Assembly: GCA_001794025.1 (NCBI GenBank) | Contig: MGJA01000003.1 | Coordinates: 76,909 to 140,908 of the forward strand | Source of the DNA: Candidatus Yanofskybacteria bacterium RIFCSPHIGHO2_01_FULL_41_21 | GTDB taxonomy: Bacteria > Patescibacteriota > Minisyncoccia > 2-02-FULL-40-12 > GWA2-44-9 | Direction of reading: 5' to 3' | DNA length: 64,000 nucleotides | Notes under the pieces: model-generated | The model's database searches: none | What the model was told of the DNA's origin: nothing | Seen by the model: the letters and a program-made list of their open reading frames with translations, nothing else | Translations under genes and position numbers: made by a program | In this document: one piece after another, positions 30,871 to 41,881 of the stretch | How positions within the stretch are numbered: the first letter of the stretch is position 1 | Layout of the letters: the number at the start of each line of letters is the position of its first letter

Positions 30871-32013
30871 ATGGTAAGGATTCTGTATGTTGTTAATCAA
30901 AGAATGCCAACAGAAAAGGCATACGGGATTCAAATTGCTAAAATGTGTGAAGCATTTGCCTTGAATGTTGTGGACGTTACTCTTTTGATGCCCCAAAGAG
31001 GGAATCCCAGCAGAAAGACCGTCTTTGAATATTATGGCACAATAAATAATTTTAAAATTATTCAGTTACGTTGCCTAGATTTTTATTGGCCCGGAATTTT
31101 TGATAAAATCGCTTTTCTTATAAAACAGACCATCTCCGCTTTAGTTTTAGTTTGTATTGCTCTCCGAAATAAATACGACGTAATATATTCTCGAGATGAG
31201 TTACCTCTTTTTCTACTAAGTTTTTTTAGAAAAAATTTAATTTTTGAAGCCCATCGGTTTTCTAAAAAAAGAAATATATTTTACAGACGTTTCAAAAAAA
31301 ACAATATAAAAATAATTGTTATTTCTCAAGGGTTGAAGGATAAATTTGCCCAATACGGATTTGCTACAAAAAATATCTTAGTTGCCCATGATGGTGTGGA
31401 TTTAGAACAATTTAAAATTAATAAAACACAACCGGAATGTAGAAATATCTTAAAATTACCACTCAATAAAACTCTGGTATTATACACTGGACATCTCTAC
31501 GAATGGAAAGGGGCCAGCGTGCTTTTGGAAGTAGCGCGCAATTTCCAAAATAAAGAAGATATTTTATTCGTTTTCGTGGGTGGAACAGATTCTGATATCA
31601 GAGATTTCAGAGAAAGAGTTAAGATAATGGAATTAAATAATGTAATGATTGTTGGTCTAGTGCCACATAATGAGGTATCTTTGTATCTGAAGGTGGCTGA
31701 TATTCTTGTGTTGCCGAATTCTGGAAAGGAAGACATCTCACGTTTATACACTTCTCCTTTGAAGATGTTTGAATATATGGCCAGCGGTAAACCAATTATT
31801 GCTTCAGATTTACCGTCTATTAGAGAAGTTTTAACGGATTATTCGGTATTTTTTTCAAGACCTGATGATGTGGAAAGCTTGATAACTGTGATTAATGAAG
31901 TTATAAATAACATGCCAGAAGCAGAAAAACGTGCTCAACGGGCTCTACAGGAGGTAGTTAAGTACAGTTGGAATGCACGGGCTGGAAATATTTTAGATTT
32001 TATTAAATCATAA
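30871..32013 (+). CDS. Glycosyltransferase family 4 (GT-B)
   Basis: FEYMASGKPIIASDLPSIREVL. Confidence 0.75.
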   Translation: MVRILYVVNQRMPTEKAYGIQIAKMCEAFALNVVDVTLLMPQRGNPSRKTVFEYYGTINNFKIIQLRCLDFYWPGIFDKIAFLIKQTISALVLVCIALRNKYDVIYSRDELPLFLLSFFRKNLIFEAHRFSKKRNIFYRRFKKNNIKIIVISQGLKDKFAQYGFATKNILVAHDGVDLEQFKINKTQPECRNILKLPLNKTLVLYTGHLYEWKGASVLLEVARNFQNKEDILFVFVGGTDSDIRDFRERVKIMELNNVMIVGLVPHNEVSLYLKVADILVLPNSGKEDISRLYTSPLKMFEYMASGKPIIASDLPSIREVLTDYSVFFSRPDDVESLITVINEVINNMPEAEKRAQRALQEVVKYSWNARAGNILDFIKS

Positions 32014-32020
32014 CCTAATA

Positions 32021-32752
32021 ATGAATATTTGTGTTACAGGGGCATCATCTGGTATTGGACGTGAGTTGGTAAAACAACTTATAAAAGATGGACATATTGT
32101 CTGGGGAATAGCCCGCCGAGAAAATTTACTGGAGGAACTCAAAAAAGAACTTGGCTCCGATAGTCAGTTCTTTTATTCTGTTTGTGATGTCAGTGTTCAG
32201 GATGATGTATTAAGCGTTGTGCATATAATGGAACAGGATGGATTCATTTTAGATGCGGTAATTATGGGTGCCGGTGTCTTTTTGAACGATATCTCTAGTG
32301 GATTTGATTACAAACTTTTTAAAAAAGTTATTGATACAAATCTTTATGGTTCTTTAAATTTTGTAGATGTCTTTCTTCCTAAATTTCTAAAGCAGGGTTA
32401 CGGGCAGTTTATAGCCATTTCTTCTATCACAGCCCTAAAGCCGAGTTTGCGCGGTGTTGGTTATCCGGCCAGTAAATCGGCTTTAGGAATTGCTTTTCGG
32501 TGTTTAGATTTAGCATATCGCAAGAAGAATGTTATTTTCTCTACTATATACTTGGGGCCAGTGGCAACAGATATGTGGAATGCTAAAAAATCATTTGCCG
32601 TTGCGGACAAAAAGCAAATAGCATCTACCGTCAAACATGTCCTAAAAACCAAAAAATCGGTCTATTATGTTCCATTCTGGTCCACACTTATTTCCAGAAT
32701 AAGTTTTTTACCTGACAGATGGTACATAACATTAACCGAACTATTTCGTTAA
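32021..32752 (+). CDS. Short-chain dehydrogenase/reductase (SDR)
   Basis: ICVTGASSGIGRELVKQL; Y-x3-K region YPASKSAL. Confidence 0.75.
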   Translation: MNICVTGASSGIGRELVKQLIKDGHIVWGIARRENLLEELKKELGSDSQFFYSVCDVSVQDDVLSVVHIMEQDGFILDAVIMGAGVFLNDISSGFDYKLFKKVIDTNLYGSLNFVDVFLPKFLKQGYGQFIAISSITALKPSLRGVGYPASKSALGIAFRCLDLAYRKKNVIFSTIYLGPVATDMWNAKKSFAVADKKQIASTVKHVLKTKKSVYYVPFWSTLISRISFLPDRWYITLTELFR

Positions 32753-32759
32753 AATAAGT

Positions 32760-32869
32760 CCCGTTAGAAATGAACCCTACGGGTATAAATATGAAAATCA
32801 ATAATATAAAAATGATTGTAACCAGCCACCACCCCAAGACGGTGGATGGTCTGTTACATTTCTAACGGG
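32760..32869 (+). repeat. 110-nt TIR element copy 4; mini-ORF 32770-32865
   Basis: Same element; followed by ATG 32870. Confidence 0.9.
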
Positions 32870-33604
32870 ATGAACTCTAAAGAAACAAATAAAACTCCAG
32901 AGTTATCTATAGTGGTTTTGTGTTACCGAAGCGGTAAAACAATAATTCCTTTCTTGGAAAAAATGAAACAAGAATTTAAAGAAGGAGAGATGGATGATTA
33001 CGAGTTGGTTTTGGTAGGAAATTATTTTCCCGGGACCGACGATACAACCCCGAACGTGGTTAGGGAATTGGCAAGAAATAATCCCAAAATAGTGTCCGTG
33101 ACATTAGAGAAAAAAGGAATGATGGGTTGGGACACCATTAGTGGATTGAATGCCGCCAGTGGGCGTGCGATTGGTTTTATTGATGGCGATGGACAGATGC
33201 CCTCGCGGGATATCGTGCGGCTCTATAAGGTTTTAAAAAGCGGTGAGTTTGACTTGGTAAAGACATTTCGTAAAACACGTATGGACAGCGCTTATCGGAA
33301 GTTTATCTCCGGTTGTTATAATCTGATATTCCATATACTTTTCCCAAGTGCGACATTTAGAGATGTGAATGCTAAACCAAAATTAATGACCATGGAGGCC
33401 TATAAGAAGATGAAGCTTTCCTGTGACGGTTGGCTGATTGACGCGGAAATAATGTTAGAGTCAATGCGTCTGGACTTGAATGTGGCCGAAGTGCCTACCG
33501 TTTTTTATAAAAACGAATGGCGGGGAAGTTTTGTAAAGATTTGGACAATTTTTGAATTTTTAATTAATTTAGTTGTTTATAGGTTTAAGTACTGGTTTAA
33601 ATAA
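32870..33604 (+). CDS. GT2 glycosyltransferase (Dpm1-like polyprenyl-phosphate sugar synthase type)
   Basis: LSIVVLCYRSGKTI ... GFIDGDGQMP. The track ORF 32846 extends into the repeat. Confidence 0.7.
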   Translation: MNSKETNKTPELSIVVLCYRSGKTIIPFLEKMKQEFKEGEMDDYELVLVGNYFPGTDDTTPNVVRELARNNPKIVSVTLEKKGMMGWDTISGLNAASGRAIGFIDGDGQMPSRDIVRLYKVLKSGEFDLVKTFRKTRMDSAYRKFISGCYNLIFHILFPSATFRDVNAKPKLMTMEAYKKMKLSCDGWLIDAEIMLESMRLDLNVAEVPTVFYKNEWRGSFVKIWTIFEFLINLVVYRFKYWFK

Positions 33605-34398
33605 TGAAAATCACCGATCCAAAATTTCAAGCGTCTCTAAAAGAACCAATTTCAGCGCACGGAGGGCAAGGTGCGGAAGATGGCACTGTTTCAAATCGGG
33701 TCAAAACTTTAGCTAAGAGATGGCCCGGACTTTATAATTTTCTTAAGAAAACTGTCGGGCCAAGTAACTCGCTCGGGAATCATTATAATCTCAAAAATCG
33801 TATTCAAAAATTATTCGGAGACAAGATAGACGATAAACTTATTTTAAATCTTGGTTCCGGTACATATCGTATCCATCCCGAAATTATTAATGTGGACTTG
33901 TTTGCTTTCAAAGAGGTAGATATAGTGGCGGATATTTGCGACACTCCATTTAAAGACGGTTCGGTTGACGGAATAATATGTGAAGATGTTTTGGAGCACG
34001 TTGCCCAAGCTCCCAAATTATTTAAAGAGATGTCCAGAATTTTAAAACCGGGTGGTATGATTATAATAAAAACGCCATTTGTATATCCATATCATTCTTC
34101 TCCAAATGATTTCTTTAGATGGACGGACGAAGGTCTAAAATATATTCTTAAAGAAAATAATTTTAGCGTTAAAAAATCCGGTATAACCGGTGGTCCCATG
34201 TGTACTCTGCAGGCGATTTTAATGCATGTTTTTGCGATGATTTTTTCTTTCGGCTCAAGGTCTCTTTATTTTATTTTAGTTCAATTTTTTATGGTTATAT
34301 TTTCCCCTTTGAAATTACTTGATCCATTGTTTCTTTTATCTCCATTTGCCACAGATATATCCTCTCATATTTTTGTAATTGCTGAGAAAAATATGTAA
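33604..34398 (+). CDS. Class I SAM-dependent methyltransferase (Methyltransf_11-like) with hydrophobic C-terminus
   Basis: LNLGSGTYRI ... ICEDVLEHV ... LKPGGMIII. Confidence 0.65.
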   Translation: MKITDPKFQASLKEPISAHGGQGAEDGTVSNRVKTLAKRWPGLYNFLKKTVGPSNSLGNHYNLKNRIQKLFGDKIDDKLILNLGSGTYRIHPEIINVDLFAFKEVDIVADICDTPFKDGSVDGIICEDVLEHVAQAPKLFKEMSRILKPGGMIIIKTPFVYPYHSSPNDFFRWTDEGLKYILKENNFSVKKSGITGGPMCTLQAILMHVFAMIFSFGSRSLYFILVQFFMVIFSPLKLLDPLFLLSPFATDISSHIFVIAEKNM

Positions 34399-34404
34399 AA
34401 AGAC

Positions 34405-36222
34405 ATGTTGATACAGAAAATAAAACCATTATTTATACAATATTGGCTAGTGCTCGTGTGCTCTGTTTTTGTAGGCGCTGTTTGTTCTTTTGGACAATAT
34501 TATTCAATCTATAAGTTAGGAAATGAATATCACGGAGTCCCATATCTCTACCAAGACAATGATGATGTTTATATGTCTCGTATCCGAGAATTAGTAGAAG
34601 GTCGTGATGCTATCAGTTCGCCCTATTTTTTTGAATATAAAGATGCATCTGCTCCGCTTTTACCTTATGGTGAAATGTTTTATGCCCTGCCGGTTAAATT
34701 GCTAAATTTTAATCTCATAACGTTTGTCCATTTATCCAAGTTTCTTTTTCCGGCGATTCTTTTTGGTCTGGTTTTTTCGCTGATTCATTTATTGTTAAGA
34801 AAAAGGTCTATGCTCACAGCGTTGGTCGGCGCAACGTTGATTATATTAGCACCGGACATTTTGAGTTTGGGGTATGTCAAAAATATTTTTGATACCCAAA
34901 ATCCGTTTCTTCTCTCTATTTGGACGCGCTTGGTGAATCCCATCACCGGCGCGTTGTTATTGTTCTCGTTTTTTATTGTTCTGGTAAAAATTAGAGAATG
35001 TTCCATTTTGTCCATAATATTCTCCGGTCTTTTATTGGGATTTATGCCGGGATATTTTTTCTCTTTTGCTTTGGCTAGTTTGACTACGATTTTTCTTCTT
35101 TTATTTTTGGTGCTGGGAAAAAATTACCGGGTCGCTCTACGTTTATCTTTGGTTTTTCCTATTGCTTTTCTTGTAAGCGCGAAATATTTTATAACCCAAA
35201 TTCAAGGCATAATATCCGGAGGTACGCTTGCCACTTCCTTGCGTAATGGTCTTTTGATTACTCATAGCCCATTGTCTAATAACACACTAATTCTTGGACT
35301 GGTTATTTTATTAAGTGTCGGCGCTTTCCTTTTTTTGAAAAAGAAAGATGAATATTTGGAGGAGAAGTCATCCATACAATTTCTGTTTGCCGGATTACTG
35401 GCTGGCCTAGTGGCGTTTAATCAACAAATTATTACTGGTAAAACGATATGGCCATTTCATTTTGTTCAGTACACCAAGCCACTAGTTTTTATAGCCATAC
35501 TTTATTGCGGATATCTTTTATTTTCTAAATATACTAAATTTTGGCGCGCAATAATGATTTTTTCTCTGATTTTTATTTTCGGGATTGGTATTAAGGGGGC
35601 TTTGAGTTACCAGTCCAATCTTGAACAGTATCGGGAGTATCAACGCTATGGTGCGGTTGCGGGTTGGCTTAATTCCAATGCGACAAAGGATTGCGTGATT
35701 ATCGCTAAAGAGGCCGATGGTCTTCGTCGAAGTTCGGGCAGTATTATTGAAAAGTTACATCTGCTTGTCCCAGCGGTAACAAGATGTGATTCATATATAA
35801 GCTTATACACATTCTTTAATGTGCCTCAGGAGAGGATCTATCATAATTATTTAGCGTATCTTCGTATTAATGGAGTAACTATCAAAACAATTGATAAATT
35901 TCTTAAAGAAAATCGTCGTCAGATGATTAACGTATTTTTCTCCGATTGGAACGAGATGTTTTACAATGGTCCCAATAATTCTTGGCTTGTCTCTGTTTCC
36001 GACGTGCCGGCAATTGAGAGAAAAGTTGATAATATCGCACAAAAAATCGCGACTGATTATCCAATTTTTATGCGCCAAGATTTCGGTCTATTTCTGAAAC
36101 AATATCGGGTTGATTATTTTATCTATGATGAAAAATATGGCGGTTTGTGGAATAACGAATGGAATAAATTTTTAAATAAAGAAACCGAACTTGGCGATTT
36201 TGTGGTTTACAGTTTTAGGTAA
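34405..36222 (+). CDS. Large polytopic membrane protein, function unknown (possible glycan polymerase / GT-C-like)
   Basis: Many hydrophobic helices over 600 aa. Confidence 0.4.
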   Translation: MLIQKIKPLFIQYWLVLVCSVFVGAVCSFGQYYSIYKLGNEYHGVPYLYQDNDDVYMSRIRELVEGRDAISSPYFFEYKDASAPLLPYGEMFYALPVKLLNFNLITFVHLSKFLFPAILFGLVFSLIHLLLRKRSMLTALVGATLIILAPDILSLGYVKNIFDTQNPFLLSIWTRLVNPITGALLLFSFFIVLVKIRECSILSIIFSGLLLGFMPGYFFSFALASLTTIFLLLFLVLGKNYRVALRLSLVFPIAFLVSAKYFITQIQGIISGGTLATSLRNGLLITHSPLSNNTLILGLVILLSVGAFLFLKKKDEYLEEKSSIQFLFAGLLAGLVAFNQQIITGKTIWPFHFVQYTKPLVFIAILYCGYLLFSKYTKFWRAIMIFSLIFIFGIGIKGALSYQSNLEQYREYQRYGAVAGWLNSNATKDCVIIAKEADGLRRSSGSIIEKLHLLVPAVTRCDSYISLYTFFNVPQERIYHNYLAYLRINGVTIKTIDKFLKENRRQMINVFFSDWNEMFYNGPNNSWLVSVSDVPAIERKVDNIAQKIATDYPIFMRQDFGLFLKQYRVDYFIYDEKYGGLWNNEWNKFLNKETELGDFVVYSFR

Positions 36223-36259
36223 AAAAAAGATCGGGTGGCTCCGTTACGGATCCACCCGA
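36222..36259 (-). terminator. Rho-independent terminator for the DUF457 gene (tcgggtgg-loop-ccacccga with A8/T8 run)
   Basis: 8-bp stem with a nested ccg-tta-cgg loop; A8 at 36222-36229 gives U8 on the minus-strand transcript. Confidence 0.7.
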
Positions 36260-36268
36260 CCGACATGT

Positions 36269-36844
36269 CTACCACGTCCACGTAATTACACCGATTGAGA
36301 GCACGAGAGAGCACCACGCCAGAATTGAATGGGACGACACACCCAAGTAGTAACGAGTGATCCACTCTTTGAATTCCATTGGCCGTCGACGAGCTATCTC
36401 TTCTGCTGTCCAGGTGGTAACAAAATGACGTTTACCGTCTTTTGTTTGAAAAAACGCGAAACTATGTTTAGAGAACGGCCAAAACCACTTTAGTCCCCAT
36501 CCACCCTCATCAAAGCCAATGCTGTCATGCAGGAAATGAAGAAGGAGACTGGCTGCAGCTATTGTTCCGAATAACGGCGAGAATAGTGTAGCGGAGAGGG
36601 CTACCCCAATAACAACAAGAGGTAGGTGGGTCAGATCTCGATGGTGGGTATCAAGTTTTTTTGAGAAGAAAATCTGAAGCCCTGTGTCAATGTCTGGTAG
36701 AAGTGCGAAGAACACGCTTGCCAGATACATTTCAAATGTTCTGCGGTTGACTAGTTTCGTAGTCACATGGGCGACCAGAAGGCCCATCGAGATGTCGGGG
36801 AATGTAGTCTGGACAAGCTCAAAGATTATACTCCTTAATTTCAT
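36269..36844 (-). CDS. Membrane-bound metal-dependent hydrolase (DUF457/YdjM-like)
   Basis: HRDLTHLPL and HFLHD histidine motifs, TM segments. Confidence 0.55.
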   Translation of the reverse strand: MKLRSIIFELVQTTFPDISMGLLVAHVTTKLVNRRTFEMYLASVFFALLPDIDTGLQIFFSKKLDTHHRDLTHLPLVVIGVALSATLFSPLFGTIAAASLLLHFLHDSIGFDEGGWGLKWFWPFSKHSFAFFQTKDGKRHFVTTWTAEEIARRRPMEFKEWITRYYLGVSSHSILAWCSLVLSIGVITWTW

Positions 36845-36981
36845 TGCGGATTCTCTTTCTGACGCACGTGGCGTCTATTTAAAGTGGGTTGTTAAGGGTC
36901 TTTTCTTTGTAGAATAGACGTCGTCCATATTCTACGCCTATATTGGTAAAATGTCAATGTTTTACTTCAGTAGAGCAAAAA

Positions 36982-37902
36982 TTAAAGATTAGATGAATCT
37001 TTAAGATAAAAATAGTGGATTGCAAGGGGTAGACCGACGAGCATGAACAGAAAATAACTCAAGAATGAGTAAGAGAATCCTACGGCCAGCGCTTGGGCGG
37101 ATGTGGCATAAGTTGCGAATAGAGCGATGATGGCACTGTCTCGGATGCCGATACCGCCTATACTGACAGGTATGAGTCCGGCAAAAAGCGTAATCGGGAG
37201 ATAAGCAATGACAGCAATAAACGGTATTGTTGTGTTAAATGCTTGAAATAGAAAATAAGCAGAAGTAATTGAACTTAACCAGTTTGTCATTGAGACGAGA
37301 CCAGCTGTAACCAAATAAACCGGCTTATTTGGAATTTTAACGGCGGTTGTAACTTTATTAACAAAACCAATTTTCGTAAGACCAAATTTTGGTCCTATTT
37401 TTTTTACTATTATAACACCGATAATTACAGAAATCGCGACCGCGAGAGTTATTAAACTGTAAATATTTTGGTTCAAAATCTTTAATCCAATAGTAGCAAT
37501 AAGAAGGAGAACAATAACATCAATTATTTTCTCAACGATAACCGAACCCACCGATTCGGCCGGAGAAATATTATCTTTCGTGAAATAACTTCGGACAAAA
37601 TCACCCAGTCGGCCGGGGATTAGAATAAAGGCATAACTCGCGGTTATGGCATGGAATATCGTCTTAAATTTGAGATTATAACCATATGCTTTGAGGACGA
37701 AGAACCAGCGGAGAGGATTAAGAATAAAAGTCGGTAAAATAGCTAAAAGGGCATACCAGAGAAAATTAATGTTGGTTTCTTTTGTGGTTTTTAAAAATGT
37801 TTGAGTATCAACGGTTACTTTGAAAATAATAAAAAGAATGACAACCGTACCAATACCGAGAAAGATAACTTTTTTTAATGGAATTTTTTTGATTATATCC
37901 AT
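36982..37902 (-). CDS. UPF0104 / lysyl-phosphatidylglycerol-synthase-TM-like membrane protein (putative flippase-like)
   Basis: 8 TM segments; NPLRWFFVLKAYG motif region typical of the UPF0104 family. Confidence 0.5.
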   Translation of the reverse strand: MDIIKKIPLKKVIFLGIGTVVILFIIFKVTVDTQTFLKTTKETNINFLWYALLAILPTFILNPLRWFFVLKAYGYNLKFKTIFHAITASYAFILIPGRLGDFVRSYFTKDNISPAESVGSVIVEKIIDVIVLLLIATIGLKILNQNIYSLITLAVAISVIIGVIIVKKIGPKFGLTKIGFVNKVTTAVKIPNKPVYLVTAGLVSMTNWLSSITSAYFLFQAFNTTIPFIAVIAYLPITLFAGLIPVSIGGIGIRDSAIIALFATYATSAQALAVGFSYSFLSYFLFMLVGLPLAIHYFYLKDSSNL

Positions 37903-37905
37903 TGG

Positions 37906-39498
37906 TTAAAAATTTCTGGCTATAGTGAGCTTTCCGGTTTTGTTCAATGTCTCGGTTTCAGAACTATAATTCTGCCACGGCATGAGGGTACTGGTGGTAA
38001 AGGCCTGACCGGTGGCGACATAGATTGCCGTAAAATCAGTTGGGACATATATTTTAGTGAAGTTTTTTTCAGTGGTCGTTATTGTGTCTGTCAGGATAAC
38101 CTTACCATGTTGAAATGAAAAACGACGTTCCAGTTTGGTGGCGGTCGATGATTTTGAAACGATAAGTATTTTCTGGAGAATAACTCTAATAATTCTACTG
38201 AACCTTCTACCAAGTCCAAGCGTTATCATCCTGAATACTAATTGTTTGAATGGAGATGGTAGGACTTGAGAATAGTTGTAGAAATTGGCTTCTATGACAA
38301 GTTCTTCGTTTGAAATGGAAAATTCCGGTTCCGCACTCCACATTTGAGAGATGATTTTTTTACCGTTTTGTTTCTCTAATATCAATCCACAATCACTGGT
38401 TATAAGAGTTTCTTTTTGAAAGAGTTTAAAGACCCCACCTTTTTTGATTGAACAGATTAAAAAAGAATCATTTTTGTTTCTAATAAACAGTCCGGCATGT
38501 TTAAATAATTTTTGGTATTCATGGGGTCGTTCCTGATTCGGTAAATTATTATCATGATTTAAAAAGGCCTGGAGATAATTATAAATATAATGGTTGAATA
38601 TCCGATCATCATCAATTCTGGACCGAGTTTTATCAGCCAAACTTTTCAGAAACATATTTCTGATGTAAGTGGCTTCAGGAAATTGGCGAGCGAGGATTTC
38701 AAAACCATTGGGAACAAAATGGGATGTATTGCGGGAACCGTATTCACCGCCATAACTACCGTCGGGGTGGATGGTTAAGAAACAAAAATGGACTGCCTTT
38801 TCAAGGGCTGATTTAATTTCAACATTTTCAGGATTTTTTTGAAGATATTTCGCCAGAAAATCTATCGTGAATGTTAGATAGCCCGGATCACAACCCTCAT
38901 ATTCTTGAAACCATCCCTCCGAAGATTGATAAGAAAGCACTTCTTGTATTTTTTCTTCGGCGTGGAATTTTAATTCCGTGTCTTTAGTAATAAGAAAAAC
39001 ATTATAAAGAGCCAAAGCAGATAAGGCGTGATGATTAGCCAGTATGCCGGATTCTTTTTTGTTTATGATAAACTGGGCCCGTTTTTTGAAAAAGGTCTCT
39101 ATTTCGTTATCTTTAATATCTAATAATAGATACGCTTCGGTGCAGGCATAGAGAGAAAAAGCCGTTGCTCCGAGAGCTTCTTCGTTTGGATAATAATCAT
39201 CGGATGAACCGTTTGAACGAGAACTTGTTTTGGCAAAATTAATCCCGGCCATTACATATTCTTTAATTCGCGAATTGTTAAAATAAACATTTCCAGCAAA
39301 ATCAGTGGTATAGATTAATGCGAGAGTAAGAACACACTCTTCATACATGCCACTTGGAAAATCCTTAGCTTTATAGTGCCAAAATTCCCGGTCAAAACAA
39401 CCGTAGGTCTTGCTGATGGGAGACCGATCAAGTATCTCTAAGATATGAGGAATGTAGGAGAGGGCTTCTTGTAAATAGAGTTCTTTCGGGTAATCCAT
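37906..39498 (-). CDS. Hypothetical soluble protein (~530 aa), possibly an alpha/alpha-toroid polysaccharide-modifying enzyme
   Basis: No confident motif identified by eye. Confidence 0.3.
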   Translation of the reverse strand: MDYPKELYLQEALSYIPHILEILDRSPISKTYGCFDREFWHYKAKDFPSGMYEECVLTLALIYTTDFAGNVYFNNSRIKEYVMAGINFAKTSSRSNGSSDDYYPNEEALGATAFSLYACTEAYLLLDIKDNEIETFFKKRAQFIINKKESGILANHHALSALALYNVFLITKDTELKFHAEEKIQEVLSYQSSEGWFQEYEGCDPGYLTFTIDFLAKYLQKNPENVEIKSALEKAVHFCFLTIHPDGSYGGEYGSRNTSHFVPNGFEILARQFPEATYIRNMFLKSLADKTRSRIDDDRIFNHYIYNYLQAFLNHDNNLPNQERPHEYQKLFKHAGLFIRNKNDSFLICSIKKGGVFKLFQKETLITSDCGLILEKQNGKKIISQMWSAEPEFSISNEELVIEANFYNYSQVLPSPFKQLVFRMITLGLGRRFSRIIRVILQKILIVSKSSTATKLERRFSFQHGKVILTDTITTTEKNFTKIYVPTDFTAIYVATGQAFTTSTLMPWQNYSSETETLNKTGKLTIARNF

Positions 39499-39507
39499 GA
39501 AGTTTTA

Positions 39508-40383
39508 TTATGACCGTTTGGTTGCGACGATGAGTTCCGCAAGAAGACCAAGGGCAAAGAGTTGGATAGCAAGCATAAGTATTATGACATCACTTGTTTT
39601 TACATAATTCAGGAGTATCTTGTGCTGGATAGAAAGAAAGGAACCTACAATGAAAAATATAAATGACAATTGTCCAAAAACTCTCATTGGCGCGAAAAAT
39701 AACACGAGCCGAATAATCGTTGAAAAATATTTCAATGTATCTTTGATGGGGTGGAATTTTGATTTACCGATCCGATTATAGTATTCCGTGCTGACATATT
39801 TAACCCGATAGCCGTTACAGAGGAAGGCCAAGGTCATTGTCGTGACACAGGAGAAGCCGTCAGGAATTACCCACATATAACGCAACATGATATCTCGCTT
39901 AAAAATTTTAAAACCAGTATTAAGATCGGGGATTTTGGTCTTAGCAAGATATGAAGCAAATTTTCTTAAAAACCATTTTGCCGGCGTTCGTAAAATTTTC
40001 ATGGTGCCCATCTCTTTTGTTCGGGCACCGTTGACCTGGTCGTATTCCGGGAAAAAAGAAATCATTTCTGGTAATCTGCTAATATCATAGGAACCATCAA
40101 CATCAAACATAGCGATAAGCTCACCTTGGGCTACCCTGATGCCGGTTTTTCTAGAAGCGCCGGAACCGCCGTTTACAGTTCGGCGGATGACAGTTACATT
40201 TTCTTTGGTCGCAATTTCGCCGGTTTTATCGGTTGAGTTGTCATCAACTACGATAATTTCGTAACGTAAGAGAGGTAATTTTTGCATTACCTCGCGGACT
40301 TGGCGGATAGAGTGGCCGACAGCCAGTTCTTCGTTATAAGCCGGTAGGACGAAACTGATATAAGGATTTATTTTTGTCTCCAT
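39508..40383 (-). CDS. GT2 polyprenyl-phosphate sugar synthase-like with C-terminal TM helices
   Basis: ISFVLPAYNEE ... IIVVDDNSTDKT ... MFDVDGSYD. Confidence 0.75.
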   Translation of the reverse strand: METKINPYISFVLPAYNEELAVGHSIRQVREVMQKLPLLRYEIIVVDDNSTDKTGEIATKENVTVIRRTVNGGSGASRKTGIRVAQGELIAMFDVDGSYDISRLPEMISFFPEYDQVNGARTKEMGTMKILRTPAKWFLRKFASYLAKTKIPDLNTGFKIFKRDIMLRYMWVIPDGFSCVTTMTLAFLCNGYRVKYVSTEYYNRIGKSKFHPIKDTLKYFSTIIRLVLFFAPMRVFGQLSFIFFIVGSFLSIQHKILLNYVKTSDVIILMLAIQLFALGLLAELIVATKRS

Positions 40384-40469
40384 TAGTTTTTAAACTATAC
40401 CACAAAATTTTAATATTCGCAATGGGGGATGTTGCCCTATTTTTATGATATAATAATATCATATTTGAG

Positions 40470-41831
40470 ATGAATCTTATTAAAAATAACAAGCTTATTA
40501 TCTTTTTATTTATTTTCGCCGTGGCCACGGGATTATTTTGGAATCAGAAATTATTCGGCCAACCCATTGCTTCAGATCAGCTTATGTATGACGGTATCGC
40601 TCAAGATGTTTTAACCAAAGGGACTTATACGTATCTTGGAGAGGAGACGGAAATAGAACCAGGTTATCCATATTTTCTTGTCGGAATCTATAAGGTCTTT
40701 GGACATAATTACGATACTGTTAGGATTATCCAGATTCTGTTGTTTGCTCTTTTGGTGTGCATCATCTTTATTTTGACGAGAGAACTATTTGGTATCAGAG
40801 TTGCTTTAGGGGCCAGTGTCTTAACGGCTTCGTTTTATGCTTTAGCAAATCAAGCTGGCTTGATCCAAAGGGAAACTCTTTTTACTTTTCTGCTGGTGTC
40901 GTTAGTATTTTGTCTGCATAAAACTAAAAATACCAGATTTAAGTGGTGGATTTTGGCGGGAATAATTTTGGGCCTTGCTACCCTTGTTAAAGGTAGTATG
41001 CAATTATTTCTTGTTCCAGTTATTGGATATATGCTCTATATTTATTGGGGACAAATTTCTTTCAGAAAAATATGTTTCAAGGTGTTGGCTTTAGTGATTG
41101 GATTTTCAGTTATCGTTGGGCCATGGCTGATTAAAGAAAGAATGTTAGGGGGTGAATTTGGTGTAGCACCAAAAGGTGGCGGTTTAGTGTTATCTACGAC
41201 CGGAGTGGCGGAACGATTGTCCCAAAATTACACGGGTAACTTCATTGGGTTTTTCTTGGGTTACTATTTTGCCCAAAAACTCTATCCGGAAATAAATCCC
41301 ATAGCTTTTAGAGACACATCTAAGATGGATGATGGAATTGCTAAGTTAACAAAAGAAGGTAAGAACTTGCGGGAGATTGATGCCATATTTTATCAAGAAG
41401 CAAAGGAATATATCATTCAGAATCCTCAAAAATATATGTATATGGCAGTTTTAAACTTTATCAGTTTGAATAGTCCGATTCTTACTAAGGGTCCATTGTG
41501 GCTGAATGTGACGGCGATTCATCCTATGTTTGCCGATGGACGTCATCCCGAGTCATCCGATTTAGCAAAAACCGTTTTTGCGCTTGGTATCAGGGCTATA
41601 TGGTTTGCCATGTTCTTCTTTGTGGGCTACGGAATTTGGTATCAGAGAAAAAAGTTACACTTACTGGCCTGGATACTGTTGCTGGTTTTATATTTGAACG
41701 TCTTTTACAGTTTGGTCTGGGCTATCCCTCGGTTTGCTTTACCTATGTATCCGTTTTATTTCATCCTTGCTATTGTTGGGTTTTACCAATTCTGGGTCAA
41801 TAATAAGTGGCGCATCTCTGCCTCCTTGTAA
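40470..41831 (+). CDS. GT-C family membrane glycosyltransferase (ArnT/PMT-like)
   Basis: Polytopic; divergently paired with the GT2 at 39508-40383. Confidence 0.6.
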   Translation: MNLIKNNKLIIFLFIFAVATGLFWNQKLFGQPIASDQLMYDGIAQDVLTKGTYTYLGEETEIEPGYPYFLVGIYKVFGHNYDTVRIIQILLFALLVCIIFILTRELFGIRVALGASVLTASFYALANQAGLIQRETLFTFLLVSLVFCLHKTKNTRFKWWILAGIILGLATLVKGSMQLFLVPVIGYMLYIYWGQISFRKICFKVLALVIGFSVIVGPWLIKERMLGGEFGVAPKGGGLVLSTTGVAERLSQNYTGNFIGFFLGYYFAQKLYPEINPIAFRDTSKMDDGIAKLTKEGKNLREIDAIFYQEAKEYIIQNPQKYMYMAVLNFISLNSPILTKGPLWLNVTAIHPMFADGRHPESSDLAKTVFALGIRAIWFAMFFFVGYGIWYQRKKLHLLAWILLLVLYLNVFYSLVWAIPRFALPMYPFYFILAIVGFYQFWVNNKWRISASL

Positions 41832-41881
41832 AAAATAGAAAAATGGGGTATATTTTGGGACATAAAAAGCCCTGATTCCTT

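Noticed and set aside
36869-36901. Hairpin gtagaata-gacgtcgtcca-tattctac between 36269-36844 and 36982-37902
   Set aside because: No U-tract on either strand. It may be a regulatory or operator-like palindrome, but this cannot be supported from sequence alone.
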